Source: an uncultured Lachnospiraceae bacterium
GTDB lineage: Bacteria; Bacillota; Clostridia; Oscillospirales; CAG-272
Assembly (NCBI GenBank): GCA_964653575.1
Contig: CAZZFP010000002.1
Coordinates: 63,303-127,302, forward strand
Direction: 5' to 3'
DNA: 64,000 bases
The notes beneath the pieces are model-generated. The model ran no database searches and had not been told where the DNA came from. It was given only the letters and a program-made list of their open reading frames with translations. The position numbers and the translations under genes are program-made. This document shows positions 27,511 through 36,294 of the stretch, in pieces; the first letter of the stretch is position 1; each line of letters starts with the position of its first letter.

Positions 27511-28269
27511 GTGGCACTCATTACAGCCGAATTTCGTTCAAAAGCACTTTCTCACGATACCAAGATAACCGTGATACTTCCAGAGGACTGCCCGAAGGAT
27601 AATATTCCGACTCTTTATCTTTTGCACGGTATGCACGGAAATAACTCATCATGGGCACGCAAAACTCTTATAGAGCGTTATGCGAACGATCACAAGATCG
27701 CTGTCGTATGCCCCGATGGGGAAAACAGCTTCTATAACGATATGAGATACGGAAAGAAGTTCTATACCTATATTTCGGATGAGCTGGTCGATTATACGAG
27801 ACGTGTGTTCAGACTCAGCACCGAACGAGAAAATACCTATATCTGCGGTCTCTCGATGGGAGGCTACGGGGCACTCAGAACGGCACTTATGAAGCCCGAA
27901 CAGTATGCGGCGGCGGCAAGCCTTTCAGGATGCTTGGATATTTTGGCAAGGCTGAAAAAATGTCCGTGGCCGACGGAAGCGCGCAGTATTTGGGGTGACG
28001 ATTACTATGACTACGCCAAGGATACCGATGTGGATATTATGTGGCTTATCGATCATTTTCCGTCGGACAAGCCCAAGCCGAGGCTCTATGCGGCTTGCGG
28101 CACGGAGGATTCTCTTTACGTGGACAATATAACCTTCCGCGATTTTATGAAGGACAAGGACTTTGACTTTAAATTTGAAGACGGTAGCGGCGTACACAAT
28201 TGGGAATTTTGGGACACTTGGGTAAAGATTGCTATGGATCATATGCTCCCCGCGAGGGATGCAAAATGA
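27511..28269 (+). CDS. Esterase family alpha/beta hydrolase
   Basis: GLSMGGYGA nucleophile elbow and LLHG oxyanion region. GTG start with RBS GGAGG. Confidence 0.8.
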   Translation: MALITAEFRSKALSHDTKITVILPEDCPKDNIPTLYLLHGMHGNNSSWARKTLIERYANDHKIAVVCPDGENSFYNDMRYGKKFYTYISDELVDYTRRVFRLSTERENTYICGLSMGGYGALRTALMKPEQYAAAASLSGCLDILARLKKCPWPTEARSIWGDDYYDYAKDTDVDIMWLIDHFPSDKPKPRLYAACGTEDSLYVDNITFRDFMKDKDFDFKFEDGSGVHNWEFWDTWVKIAMDHMLPARDAK

Positions 28270-28276
28270 GGCGCGA

Positions 28277-28603
28277 ATGCCAATAGGTCAAAATGATGAC
28301 GCATTCGGCGTGATCACGTTAATATTCGCCGCAATCGGTAATATCATAAACCTTCCGTGGACGGCGTGGCTCGTTGCGGAGCAAATCAAAACAGGCTTCG
28401 GCTTCGGAACGGATATGGAAATGGCGGCACTTCTTCCGTGGATCGCGGAAGTGCTTTCTCTTCCGGTGATCGTTTTGGGTATCGTATATTTCGTCACGAT
28501 GATCTTGAAGGGGAAGAGCAAGAGATTCCTTAAGCCGAATGTGATATTTTACGCTTTACTGATATTTCAAATAACGATTACAAATCTCTTTATGTGGATC
28601 TGA
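28277..28603 (+). CDS. Hypothetical small membrane protein
   Basis: Three predicted TM helices. The ATG at 28277 is preferred over 28229 because of the GAGG RBS and because it avoids overlap with the esterase. Confidence 0.45.
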   Translation: MPIGQNDDAFGVITLIFAAIGNIINLPWTAWLVAEQIKTGFGFGTDMEMAALLPWIAEVLSLPVIVLGIVYFVTMILKGKSKRFLKPNVIFYALLIFQITITNLFMWI

Positions 28604-28716
28604 CGCAATAATCCGCTGTTACAAAACACAGAAATGAAAACGTGCGCGCACTTTTATCGTGTGCGCACTTTTTTGCTCTTGTTGAAGGATACAACCGCCA
28701 TCATCGCCGGTGTGGC

Positions 28717-29865
28717 TTATTTCATACTTTTTGATATCTTGTATATTTCATCGCAAAATGCGACGACCTCGCTTTTGGTATTGTACATTCCGAAGCTGAC
28801 CCTTACCGCTCCACCATCGGGAGTATTGAGTGTGGAGTGTGCCAGCGGAGCACAGTGATATCCACTGCGAACGCATATGCCGACTTTATTCAGCTCTCCG
28901 CCTACAACGTCGCTCGGTACGCCGTCAATGTTGAAAAGCAATGTATGCCCTACGTGCGACGGAGCGTATACCGTGATGCCATTCATATTTTTCAGCCTTC
29001 CGAAAAGCTCGGTATAAAGCGAGCGCTCTACCCTTGAAATGTGCTCAATACCGCTCTTTTTCACGGCTTTTATTCCCTCGCAAAGTCCCGCTATCGACGG
29101 TGTCGGAAGAGTGCCCGCCTCGTACCTTTCGGGTAGGATATCCGACATATCTCCGTCGAGCGAATTGATGCCGTTTCCTCCTTCAAGCACAGTCTCGGGG
29201 AGAGTGTTTTTATTAAGTAGCATCATACCGCTGCCCTGCGGACCGTAAAGTCCCTTGTGTCCCGGGATGCAGAGCGCGTTTATGTTCATTTGTGTCATAT
29301 TTATCGGGATATGACCTGCCGATGCCGCAGCGTCAACTATGAAGTATATTCCGCATTCACGGCACAGTTTACCTATGGCTTGTATCGGCATTACGGCTGA
29401 GCATATGTTTGAGGCGTGGACCGAAACGATAAGTCCGGTGTTTGGTCGTATGAGAGATTTTATGTTTTCGACTATATCGCTTTGGATTTGCTCGTCGGCG
29501 CTGCCTGACGAATATACGCTGTATTCTATCAATCCGAGCTCGTGAAGCTTCTTTATGGGGCGAAGCACCGCGTTGTGCTCCATATCGCTTATTATCACGT
29601 GATCTCCGACGTGGAGCAGTCCTTTTATTGCTATATTAAGCGCCTCGGTGGTGTTATGCGTGAATATCACTCGAGTCGGATCTCCTAGCGCAAACATATC
29701 CGAGGCAAGCTCACGACATTCGTAAACTTTTTCTGCGGCTTTCAGAGACAGCGAATGCCCGGATCGACCCGGATTTCCGCCGTAGTTTCGTATACACTTG
29801 TATACCTCTTCGGAAACGTATGGCGGCTTTGGAAATGTAGTCGCGGCGTTATCAAAATATATCAT
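28717..29865 (-). CDS. Cysteine desulfurase family protein (aminotransferase class V)
   Basis: PLP-lysine region IPGHKGLYGPQG and catalytic Cys loop RSGYHCAP. Confidence 0.9.
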   Translation of the reverse strand: MIYFDNAATTFPKPPYVSEEVYKCIRNYGGNPGRSGHSLSLKAAEKVYECRELASDMFALGDPTRVIFTHNTTEALNIAIKGLLHVGDHVIISDMEHNAVLRPIKKLHELGLIEYSVYSSGSADEQIQSDIVENIKSLIRPNTGLIVSVHASNICSAVMPIQAIGKLCRECGIYFIVDAAASAGHIPINMTQMNINALCIPGHKGLYGPQGSGMMLLNKNTLPETVLEGGNGINSLDGDMSDILPERYEAGTLPTPSIAGLCEGIKAVKKSGIEHISRVERSLYTELFGRLKNMNGITVYAPSHVGHTLLFNIDGVPSDVVGGELNKVGICVRSGYHCAPLAHSTLNTPDGGAVRVSFGMYNTKSEVVAFCDEIYKISKSMK

Positions 29866-29975
29866 TACTTATCGTGGCTCTCCTTTCGATGTGGGCTTCG
29901 AGACGGCGGCTGTCGTAAAGCTCTTGCGACAGCCCCGAATTTTATCAGCAGGTCTTTGATCGATGCACGCTCCTG

Positions 29976-30284
29976 TTACTCGGTGATATATTCTCTGACC
30001 TTTATGCCGTATGATGAGAGGATATACCGTACGTTGCGATACTGCTCGGGAGCAAATTCTATTCCGTAAATGCAACCGTTATTTGAGTGTCCCGAGCTTA
30101 TCTTAACCACGTCCGAACGTATCGCCGCCTTTGCAAGCGTTTTTTGCGCATTCATAGCCTGAGTCGTTGAGCCGATGACGGCTTTGTATCGGAACACTTT
30201 GCTTTTTTGATCCTTTCTGAATTTGTGGTCGTTCGCGAGGACGTCGCTGAATATAAGCGAGCCCTCAGTGAAAGTATATGTCAA
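29976..30284 (-). CDS. DUF3343-like putative S/Se carrier protein (tentative)
   Basis: ~100-aa ORF directly upstream of the cysteine desulfurase, with a single conserved-looking GC.YG motif. Assignment is by context and pattern only. Confidence 0.45.
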   Translation of the reverse strand: MTYTFTEGSLIFSDVLANDHKFRKDQKSKVFRYKAVIGSTTQAMNAQKTLAKAAIRSDVVKISSGHSNNGCIYGIEFAPEQYRNVRYILSSYGIKVREYITE

Positions 30285-30389
30285 AAAATATACATTTGTG
30301 TTGGTATATTTAGGTTGAAAAGGATCGCGCTTTGATGTATAATATTAAATATGCCGTTCCTCGGTAAATGCTGCTTGCGGAGGTGTGTG

Positions 30390-31337
30390 ATGTCGGAGGA
30401 CATTTCGCTGAGAATAATTACCTATATAGTTGACGACTCGTACACGGACAAGCCGCTTAAGGATCTTATATGTGGGTATTTGCGAATATCTGCCAAGACC
30501 CTTGCAAAGCTCAAGCGCAGAGAAGACGGGATAACCGTTAACGGTGAGCGCGTGACGGTCAGATATGTATTGGAGAAGGGGGACCGCGTCACGCTTACAC
30601 TCGGCGAGGAGACGGTGTCAGGTGAACCAAACGCCGAGGTGTTGCCGAATAATATACCTGTAAATATAGTCTATGAGGATGAAGATATCGTTGTTGCGGA
30701 CAAGCCGCCGTTTATGCCTACGCATCCATCGCACGGGCATTACTGTGATACTTTGGCGAATGCACTTGCGTACCGTTATCTTAAAGAGGGAAGAGAGCAC
30801 TTTGTCTTTCGTTCCGTAAACAGGCTCGACCGCAACACGAGCGGACTTGTAGCCGTAGCCAAAAACAAATATTCCGCATCGATTATGTGTGCGTATATGT
30901 CGCAGGGAAGGATAAAAAAGACCTATTATGCTGTTCTCGACGGTATACCTTCGGAGCCTCGCGGAACAATAATAACGTACATAAGAAGGGAAAGGGAAAG
31001 CATAATCACGAGAGTCGTGTGCGATGAAAGCGATGAGGGGGCTTTGTCGGCGGTCACAGAATATGAGGTCGTGGCGAAAGGCGAGTACCATTCTCTCGTA
31101 AAGCTTATTCCTTTAACGGGGAGGACGCACCAGCTGAGAGTACATATGGCGCACATGGGATGCCCTATAACGGGAGACGGTATATACGGAAAAGAAAATA
31201 AAGATATCGGCAGACACGCGCTTCACGCCGCGCGCCTTGAGTTCCCGGATATAAGCGGAATGACAGTGAGTCTTTCGTCGGAACTTCCCGATGATATGAA
31301 GCTTTTGATCGAGCTGTATGGTATCAAGGGTATATGA
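30390..31337 (+). CDS. RluA family pseudouridine synthase
   Basis: NRLDRNTSGLVAVAKN and GRTHQLRVHM. The ATG at 30390 has RBS GGAGG (the ORF opens at 30351). Confidence 0.85.
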   Translation: MSEDISLRIITYIVDDSYTDKPLKDLICGYLRISAKTLAKLKRREDGITVNGERVTVRYVLEKGDRVTLTLGEETVSGEPNAEVLPNNIPVNIVYEDEDIVVADKPPFMPTHPSHGHYCDTLANALAYRYLKEGREHFVFRSVNRLDRNTSGLVAVAKNKYSASIMCAYMSQGRIKKTYYAVLDGIPSEPRGTIITYIRRERESIITRVVCDESDEGALSAVTEYEVVAKGEYHSLVKLIPLTGRTHQLRVHMAHMGCPITGDGIYGKENKDIGRHALHAARLEFPDISGMTVSLSSELPDDMKLLIELYGIKGI

Positions 31338-31384
31338 GTATCATCACGATCAAAATATAAAAAGCAGAGAGGAAAATAAGATTT

Positions 31385-32584
31385 ATGGAAAACAATATTT
31401 CGAGAGCTGAAAGCAGTGCGGACAAGCAGTGCGGCACGGCAAACCAAAATGAGAACGGATCTGCAACAGTATTCGTTCACTCGGAGCGAAAGATCTCAAA
31501 ATATGAAAGACTTTCAAAGGCATCCGTAGTTCTTTTTATCATTGCGGGTGTTTCACTGCTTTTGTATATTATTATGCGTCTCAGCGCGCCGTTCTCAGAT
31601 TTTTTTAATACCTATATCGCATCATTTTTCAGAGCCGCGCTTGCCTATCTGACAAATTGGTATCCCGCATCGGTAGCGGAGACTATGGTGCTGTTGCTTC
31701 CTCTTGCGACTGTGGTAATTATTTTTATAGCCGTCAAGTATTATTGTATTTCATGGAGAAGCGTACTTACGTACGTGCTGACGGTCATCTCATATGTGTC
31801 TCTGCTATTCTCGCTCTTCGTTTTTACGTTTGCCGCGGGCTACAACGGGTCGGATATTGATGATAAGCTTGGGCTCGAAAGGCACGATGTGAGTGCCGAG
31901 GAGCTTTACGAGACCTCTTTGGTGCTTGTCGATTGTATCAATAAAGAGCTTGACAGCATATACTTTTGTCAAGACGGCGCATCCGATATGATGTATACTT
32001 ATGAGGAGATGAATGATAAGCTTTTGAAGGCTTATGATTCGCTTTGCGACGATCATTCTTTTATACAGAAGCTTTACAGCCGTGTGAAGCCCGTATTGCT
32101 CAGCGAACCTTGGTCCTATACTCATACGACGGGGATATATACCTTTTTTACGGGAGAAGCAAATTTCAACAATGTGTTTCCCGATTACACGACTCCGTAT
32201 ACAGTAGCGCACGAGCTTGCGCATCAGAGGGGAATATCGCGCGAGGATGAGGCAAATCTCGTTGCCTTTCTTGTTTGCGAGCGCTCGGATGATCCGTATA
32301 TAAGATACAGCGGATATTTGAATATGTATCAGTATGTCGCGAGCGCACTGTCGCGAGCGGACAGAGATCTCTATAAAGAGGTCAGAGCCGAGCTTGACGA
32401 AAGGGTAACGGTAGAATTGAGAGCTTACAGTGAATTTTTTAAAAAATATCAGGATAACGTTGTGGCAAATATAAGCAACACCGTAAACGAAGCGGGAATA
32501 AAGTTTCAAGGCTCGCGAAGCTACGGAATGGTTGTGGATCTTACCGTGGCATATTACAAGAGCCGCGAAAATGTCGGAGACTGA
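31385..32584 (+). CDS. DUF3810 domain membrane protein (putative Zn-metallopeptidase, HExxH)
   Basis: N-terminal TM helices and the VAHELAHQRG motif. Confidence 0.8.
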   Translation: MENNISRAESSADKQCGTANQNENGSATVFVHSERKISKYERLSKASVVLFIIAGVSLLLYIIMRLSAPFSDFFNTYIASFFRAALAYLTNWYPASVAETMVLLLPLATVVIIFIAVKYYCISWRSVLTYVLTVISYVSLLFSLFVFTFAAGYNGSDIDDKLGLERHDVSAEELYETSLVLVDCINKELDSIYFCQDGASDMMYTYEEMNDKLLKAYDSLCDDHSFIQKLYSRVKPVLLSEPWSYTHTTGIYTFFTGEANFNNVFPDYTTPYTVAHELAHQRGISREDEANLVAFLVCERSDDPYIRYSGYLNMYQYVASALSRADRDLYKEVRAELDERVTVELRAYSEFFKKYQDNVVANISNTVNEAGIKFQGSRSYGMVVDLTVAYYKSRENVGD

Positions 32585-32960
32585 CGGCATCGGCTTTATC
32601 AAGCTTGAAACAATGATAATTCGGAATAAATTCTCTGTTGAATTTAGTTTTACTTGGCCGCGTAGCACGTTTTGGACAAGAATAATTGTAAAAAAATTGT
32701 AAACACTCAAAATAATTGAATTTTTCCTATTTTAATTTAGAAACTGTTGTGATATAATAATGTCATCAGTAGTCGAAAGCTGCCGAAAAACGAGAGTAAT
32801 ATTGATAATTGATTGAATTTACCGCTTCAAATGATTCAAATAAATCGATCTGTAAATAACTCTGAGGTTTCGGCAGATTTTTTATACACGCTGACTCTCT
32901 TAATGATTGTTAAAATAAATCTACAAGGAATCGGGAGCTCTTGGCCCGTTAGGAGGAGAA

Positions 32961-34250
32961 ATGAATAAGATAGTAGTCAACGGCGGGCGCACGCTGTACG
33001 GAGAAGTTTTTATAAGTGGTATGAAAAATGCCGCACTTCCCGTCATATTCGCTTCCATTCTCGCAAAAGATGTTTGCATTATCGATAATATTCCGCCTGT
33101 CGGGGATGTATCTTCGGCTCTCGATATTCTTTCCGAACTCGGTGCAAAGGTTCGCAGGATCAGAAAGAACACCGTTGAGATAGATACGACTTATTTTGAA
33201 CCCGAGATGCCTTCGGTCGAGCTGGCGGGAAAGATGCGCGCTTCGGCATATCTTCTCGGTGCAGAGCTCGGAAGATTCGGAAAAGCCGTGGTTTGCTGGC
33301 CCGGCGGCTGTGATTTCGGAACACGTCCGCTCGATTATCACTTGAAGGGCTTCAAATCTCTCGGCGCCGAATGTAATATTGAAAACGGTGCGATATTTGC
33401 CGAAGCGGAGGCTCCGCTTTCGGGATGTACGATCAACCTTCCGAGACCTTCGGTCGGAGCTACCGTAAACTTGATGATGGCGGCGGTATTTGCCGAAGGA
33501 ACTACCATTATCGAAGGCGCGGCGAGAGAACCGCACATAATCGATCTTGCGGGATTTCTTAATAACTGCGGCGCGAACATTATGGGCGCGGGTACTTCGG
33601 TGATAAAGATCAAGGGCGTACAGAAGCTTCACGGAACTACATACAAGATACTTCCCGATATGATAGAAGCCGGCTCGTATATGGCGGCTGTTGCGGCTAC
33701 CGGCGGTATGGTGACTATCCGTTCGGTCGTTCCGAAGCACCTTGATTCCGTAGCGGCATCTCTCAGGGAGATGGGGGTCGGCGTTGAATACGGCAGTGAT
33801 TACGTTACCGTTTCAAGTAACGGTATACTGAAGCCTACCGATATAACAACATTCTATTATCCCGGATTTCCAACCGATATGCACCCACAGTTCGCTGCGC
33901 TTCTTGCGATGGCTGACGGCGTTGGCTCCATAACCGAGGGCGTCTTTGATTACAGATTCAGATATGTAGATCAGTTCAGAAAGATGGGCGCTCAGATCGC
34001 CGTTGATACGCATAAGGCTATGTTTACGGGCACAAAGCTCGGAGGAGCACCGGTTGAAGCTGTTGATCTTCGTGCAGGCGTCGCACTTATAATCGCAGGA
34101 CTTGCGGCAGAGGGAACCACCGAGATATCCAATATCGAGCTTATCGAGAGAGGATATTACAACATTATCAGCAAATTCAGAGCACTCGGTGCAGATATCA
34201 GTATGCGCTACGAGCCCGACGCGGTCGTTACCGTTCCCGCAACAGTGTAA
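32961..34250 (+). CDS. murA: UDP-N-acetylglucosamine 1-carboxyvinyltransferase
   Basis: Full-length MurA pattern (GMKNAALP, active-site GGCDFGTRP, EGTT repeats). Confidence 0.95.
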   Translation: MNKIVVNGGRTLYGEVFISGMKNAALPVIFASILAKDVCIIDNIPPVGDVSSALDILSELGAKVRRIRKNTVEIDTTYFEPEMPSVELAGKMRASAYLLGAELGRFGKAVVCWPGGCDFGTRPLDYHLKGFKSLGAECNIENGAIFAEAEAPLSGCTINLPRPSVGATVNLMMAAVFAEGTTIIEGAAREPHIIDLAGFLNNCGANIMGAGTSVIKIKGVQKLHGTTYKILPDMIEAGSYMAAVAATGGMVTIRSVVPKHLDSVAASLREMGVGVEYGSDYVTVSSNGILKPTDITTFYYPGFPTDMHPQFAALLAMADGVGSITEGVFDYRFRYVDQFRKMGAQIAVDTHKAMFTGTKLGGAPVEAVDLRAGVALIIAGLAAEGTTEISNIELIERGYYNIISKFRALGADISMRYEPDAVVTVPATV

Positions 34251-34307
34251 GCTTGTGCACGTACGAAGACCGTCGGTTCTCAAAGAGCTAAAATACAAAT
34301 AAAAAAA

Positions 34308-34354
34308 GACCGTTGGCTTTTCTCGCATCGCGATAAGCTGACGGTCATTTTTTA
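34308..34354 (+). terminator. murA terminator
   Basis: GACCGTTGGCTT...AAGCTGACGGTC (with G-U pairs) followed by ATTTTTT. Confidence 0.6.
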
Positions 34355-34472
34355 TTCCAATTCTGTGAGGCGTTCGATAGGAAATCGAACGCCTCGTATA
34401 ATTATTTGTCGTACATTTTGCCATTCTGCCTTTGTTTCGATCCTGACATAGCAAGGGCGGAAAGATGAGATA

Positions 34473-35795
34473 TTATTTGTATTCCGGCAACCAACCCTTG
34501 TGAGCCTCAATAAGATCGTCACAAAGGGATATGATGTCGTCTATGCTGAGCTCCGTGCTCGTGTGCGGATCCATCATAGCCGCTTGGTATATAGTCTCCT
34601 TTTTCTTCGTAACCGCCGCTTCTATGGTAAGGAGCTGAACGTTTATGTTGAGTCTGTTGAGTGCCGCAAGCTGTTCGGGAAGCTCTCCTACGCACGTCGG
34701 CTGAATGCCGAGCTTGTTTACAAGGCAGGGAACCTCTACGCAGGCATTGGCGGGAAGGTTGGTGATAAGTCCCGTGTTGAGCACGTTTCCGCCGATCTTG
34801 TACGGAACATCGGTGACGATGGCTTCCATTATGTATGAAGCGTACTCGCCGGTGCGCTTGTGCGATACATCGTTGTTGAGATATTTTTCGCGATCGGCTT
34901 TCCACCTTGCGATCTGATTTACACAGCGGCGCGGATATTCGTCGAGCGGAATACGATAGCGATCAATAAGCTCGGGATATTTTGATTTTATAAAGAACTG
35001 ATTGTACTCTGCGTTGTGCTCGCTTGATTCGGTGCAATAGTAGCCGAAGCGTCTTATATATTCAAGACGCACAAGATCCTTGAAGCCTTCGGGAGGATTG
35101 TCGAGTATCTCGCAAGCGCGACGTCTGATCTCGGGGTAGAGGTCATTTCCGTCGGCATCCTCAAGCTCAAGAAGCCATGCCATATGATTGATACCCGCGA
35201 TCTTTTCCCTCAGCGGACGCTTGGCTTCTATACCGAGCTCCTTAAGCAGACCGTTTGAACATACTTGAACGGAATGGCAAAGTCCCACGGTCTTTATACC
35301 CGTGTATCTCTGCATATACCCGCTGAGCATAGCCATGGGATTGGTGTAGTTGAGAAAATATGCTTTGGGGCAAACCGCTTGCATATCGTTTGCAAAATCC
35401 TCAAGAACGGGGATAGTGCGGAGCGCACGGAAGATGCCGCCGATTCCGAGGGTGTCTGCTATTGTCTGACGGAGACCGTACTTCTTCGGAACCTCAAAGT
35501 CTGTTACCGTGCAGGGTTCGTAAAGTCCCACCTGAATTGCGTTTACAACAAAATCTGCTCCTCTGAGCGCATCGCGGCGGTTTTCGACTCCGAGATATTT
35601 TGATACTTTCGCGCGACCTTCATTGATGTTTCGGTTGAGCGCACATACCATAATATATGACTCTTCAAGCCTTTCCGCGTCGATGTCGTAAAGAGCAAGC
35701 TCCGAGTCCCAAAGCGCGGGCGTTAGCATAACGTCGCCGAGCACATTCTTTGCGAATACTGTTGAGCCTGCGCCCATAAATGTAATCTTAGCCAT
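34473..35795 (-). CDS. Glycoside hydrolase family 4 alpha-glucosidase/alpha-galactosidase
   Basis: N-terminus MAKITFMGAGSTVFAKN (NAD-binding), plus GLCHSV and NHMAW motifs. The ATG at 35795 has an RBS (the ORF opens at 35930). Confidence 0.9.
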   Translation of the reverse strand: MAKITFMGAGSTVFAKNVLGDVMLTPALWDSELALYDIDAERLEESYIMVCALNRNINEGRAKVSKYLGVENRRDALRGADFVVNAIQVGLYEPCTVTDFEVPKKYGLRQTIADTLGIGGIFRALRTIPVLEDFANDMQAVCPKAYFLNYTNPMAMLSGYMQRYTGIKTVGLCHSVQVCSNGLLKELGIEAKRPLREKIAGINHMAWLLELEDADGNDLYPEIRRRACEILDNPPEGFKDLVRLEYIRRFGYYCTESSEHNAEYNQFFIKSKYPELIDRYRIPLDEYPRRCVNQIARWKADREKYLNNDVSHKRTGEYASYIMEAIVTDVPYKIGGNVLNTGLITNLPANACVEVPCLVNKLGIQPTCVGELPEQLAALNRLNINVQLLTIEAAVTKKKETIYQAAMMDPHTSTELSIDDIISLCDDLIEAHKGWLPEYK

Positions 35796-36124
35796 TTTGT
35801 TTACCTCTCTTCTGTTTACGTTTGCTTTGATTTTGAAGGTACCGGTTGTCGGTGATATTTCCGGTAGCTCATCCTGCGAACAGATCAAAAAAATCATTTG
35901 TAGGCTCCCGCGCGCTTTTTGCTTGCACACGGCTTCCTATGGGTTTAGTATACCAAAACGAAAATACAATGTCAAGTCATTTTTGCAAAAACAAATATTT
36001 TTACATTTTTTTGATATGTTGCAGAGCAGTTGATCCTTTGTTTCGATATGGGAAAATGATAGTAAATAATAATTACCGATCTATTGTCTACTTTGATATT
36101 ATTTGGAGTTCAAAAATTGTGCAA

Positions 36125-36171
36125 ATCACTAAATATGGAGTTTTGAAGAAAAAAACTCACAATATATAGTT
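36125..36171 (+). promoter_or_regulatory. Tandem NrdR boxes
   Basis: ATCACTAAATATGGAG (36125-36140) and CTCACAATATATAGTT (36156-36171), with centres 31 bp apart. The second box overlaps the -35 of the nrdD promoter. Confidence 0.55.
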
Positions 36172-36198
36172 GCAAAGCCGAAAAACTTGTGGTATAAT
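36170..36198 (+). promoter_or_regulatory. nrdD promoter
   Basis: TTGCAA-17 nt-TATAAT with an extended -10 TG. Confidence 0.55.
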
Positions 36199-36294
36199 AT
36201 GTTTCACAGTTTATCTGGATATCGACATAATCTGACGTGATATCCTTACTATAAATATATTGTTACAAAAATCATTGACGAAAGGAAAACGCTT

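Noticed and set aside
31805-33740. 301-aa and 263-aa minus-strand ORFs (31805-32710, 32949-33740)
   Set aside because: They are antisense to the DUF3810 gene and to murA respectively. The murA homology is decisive, so both are treated as spurious.
34367-34395. Perfect 12-bp palindrome GAGGCGTTCGAT-AGGAA-ATCGAACGCCTC, considered as an operator or mobile-element end
   Set aside because: It lies between convergent genes (murA and GH4) where a terminator is expected. There is only a single copy and no flanking repeats. It is most simply a U-tract-poor terminator hairpin for the GH4 gene.
35931-36124. AT-rich 190-bp spacer upstream of the NrdR boxes, checked for small ORFs or RNA genes
   Set aside because: Only short ORFs without an RBS (35846-36169 track entry) and no convincing structure. 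It is interpreted as a divergent promoter region.
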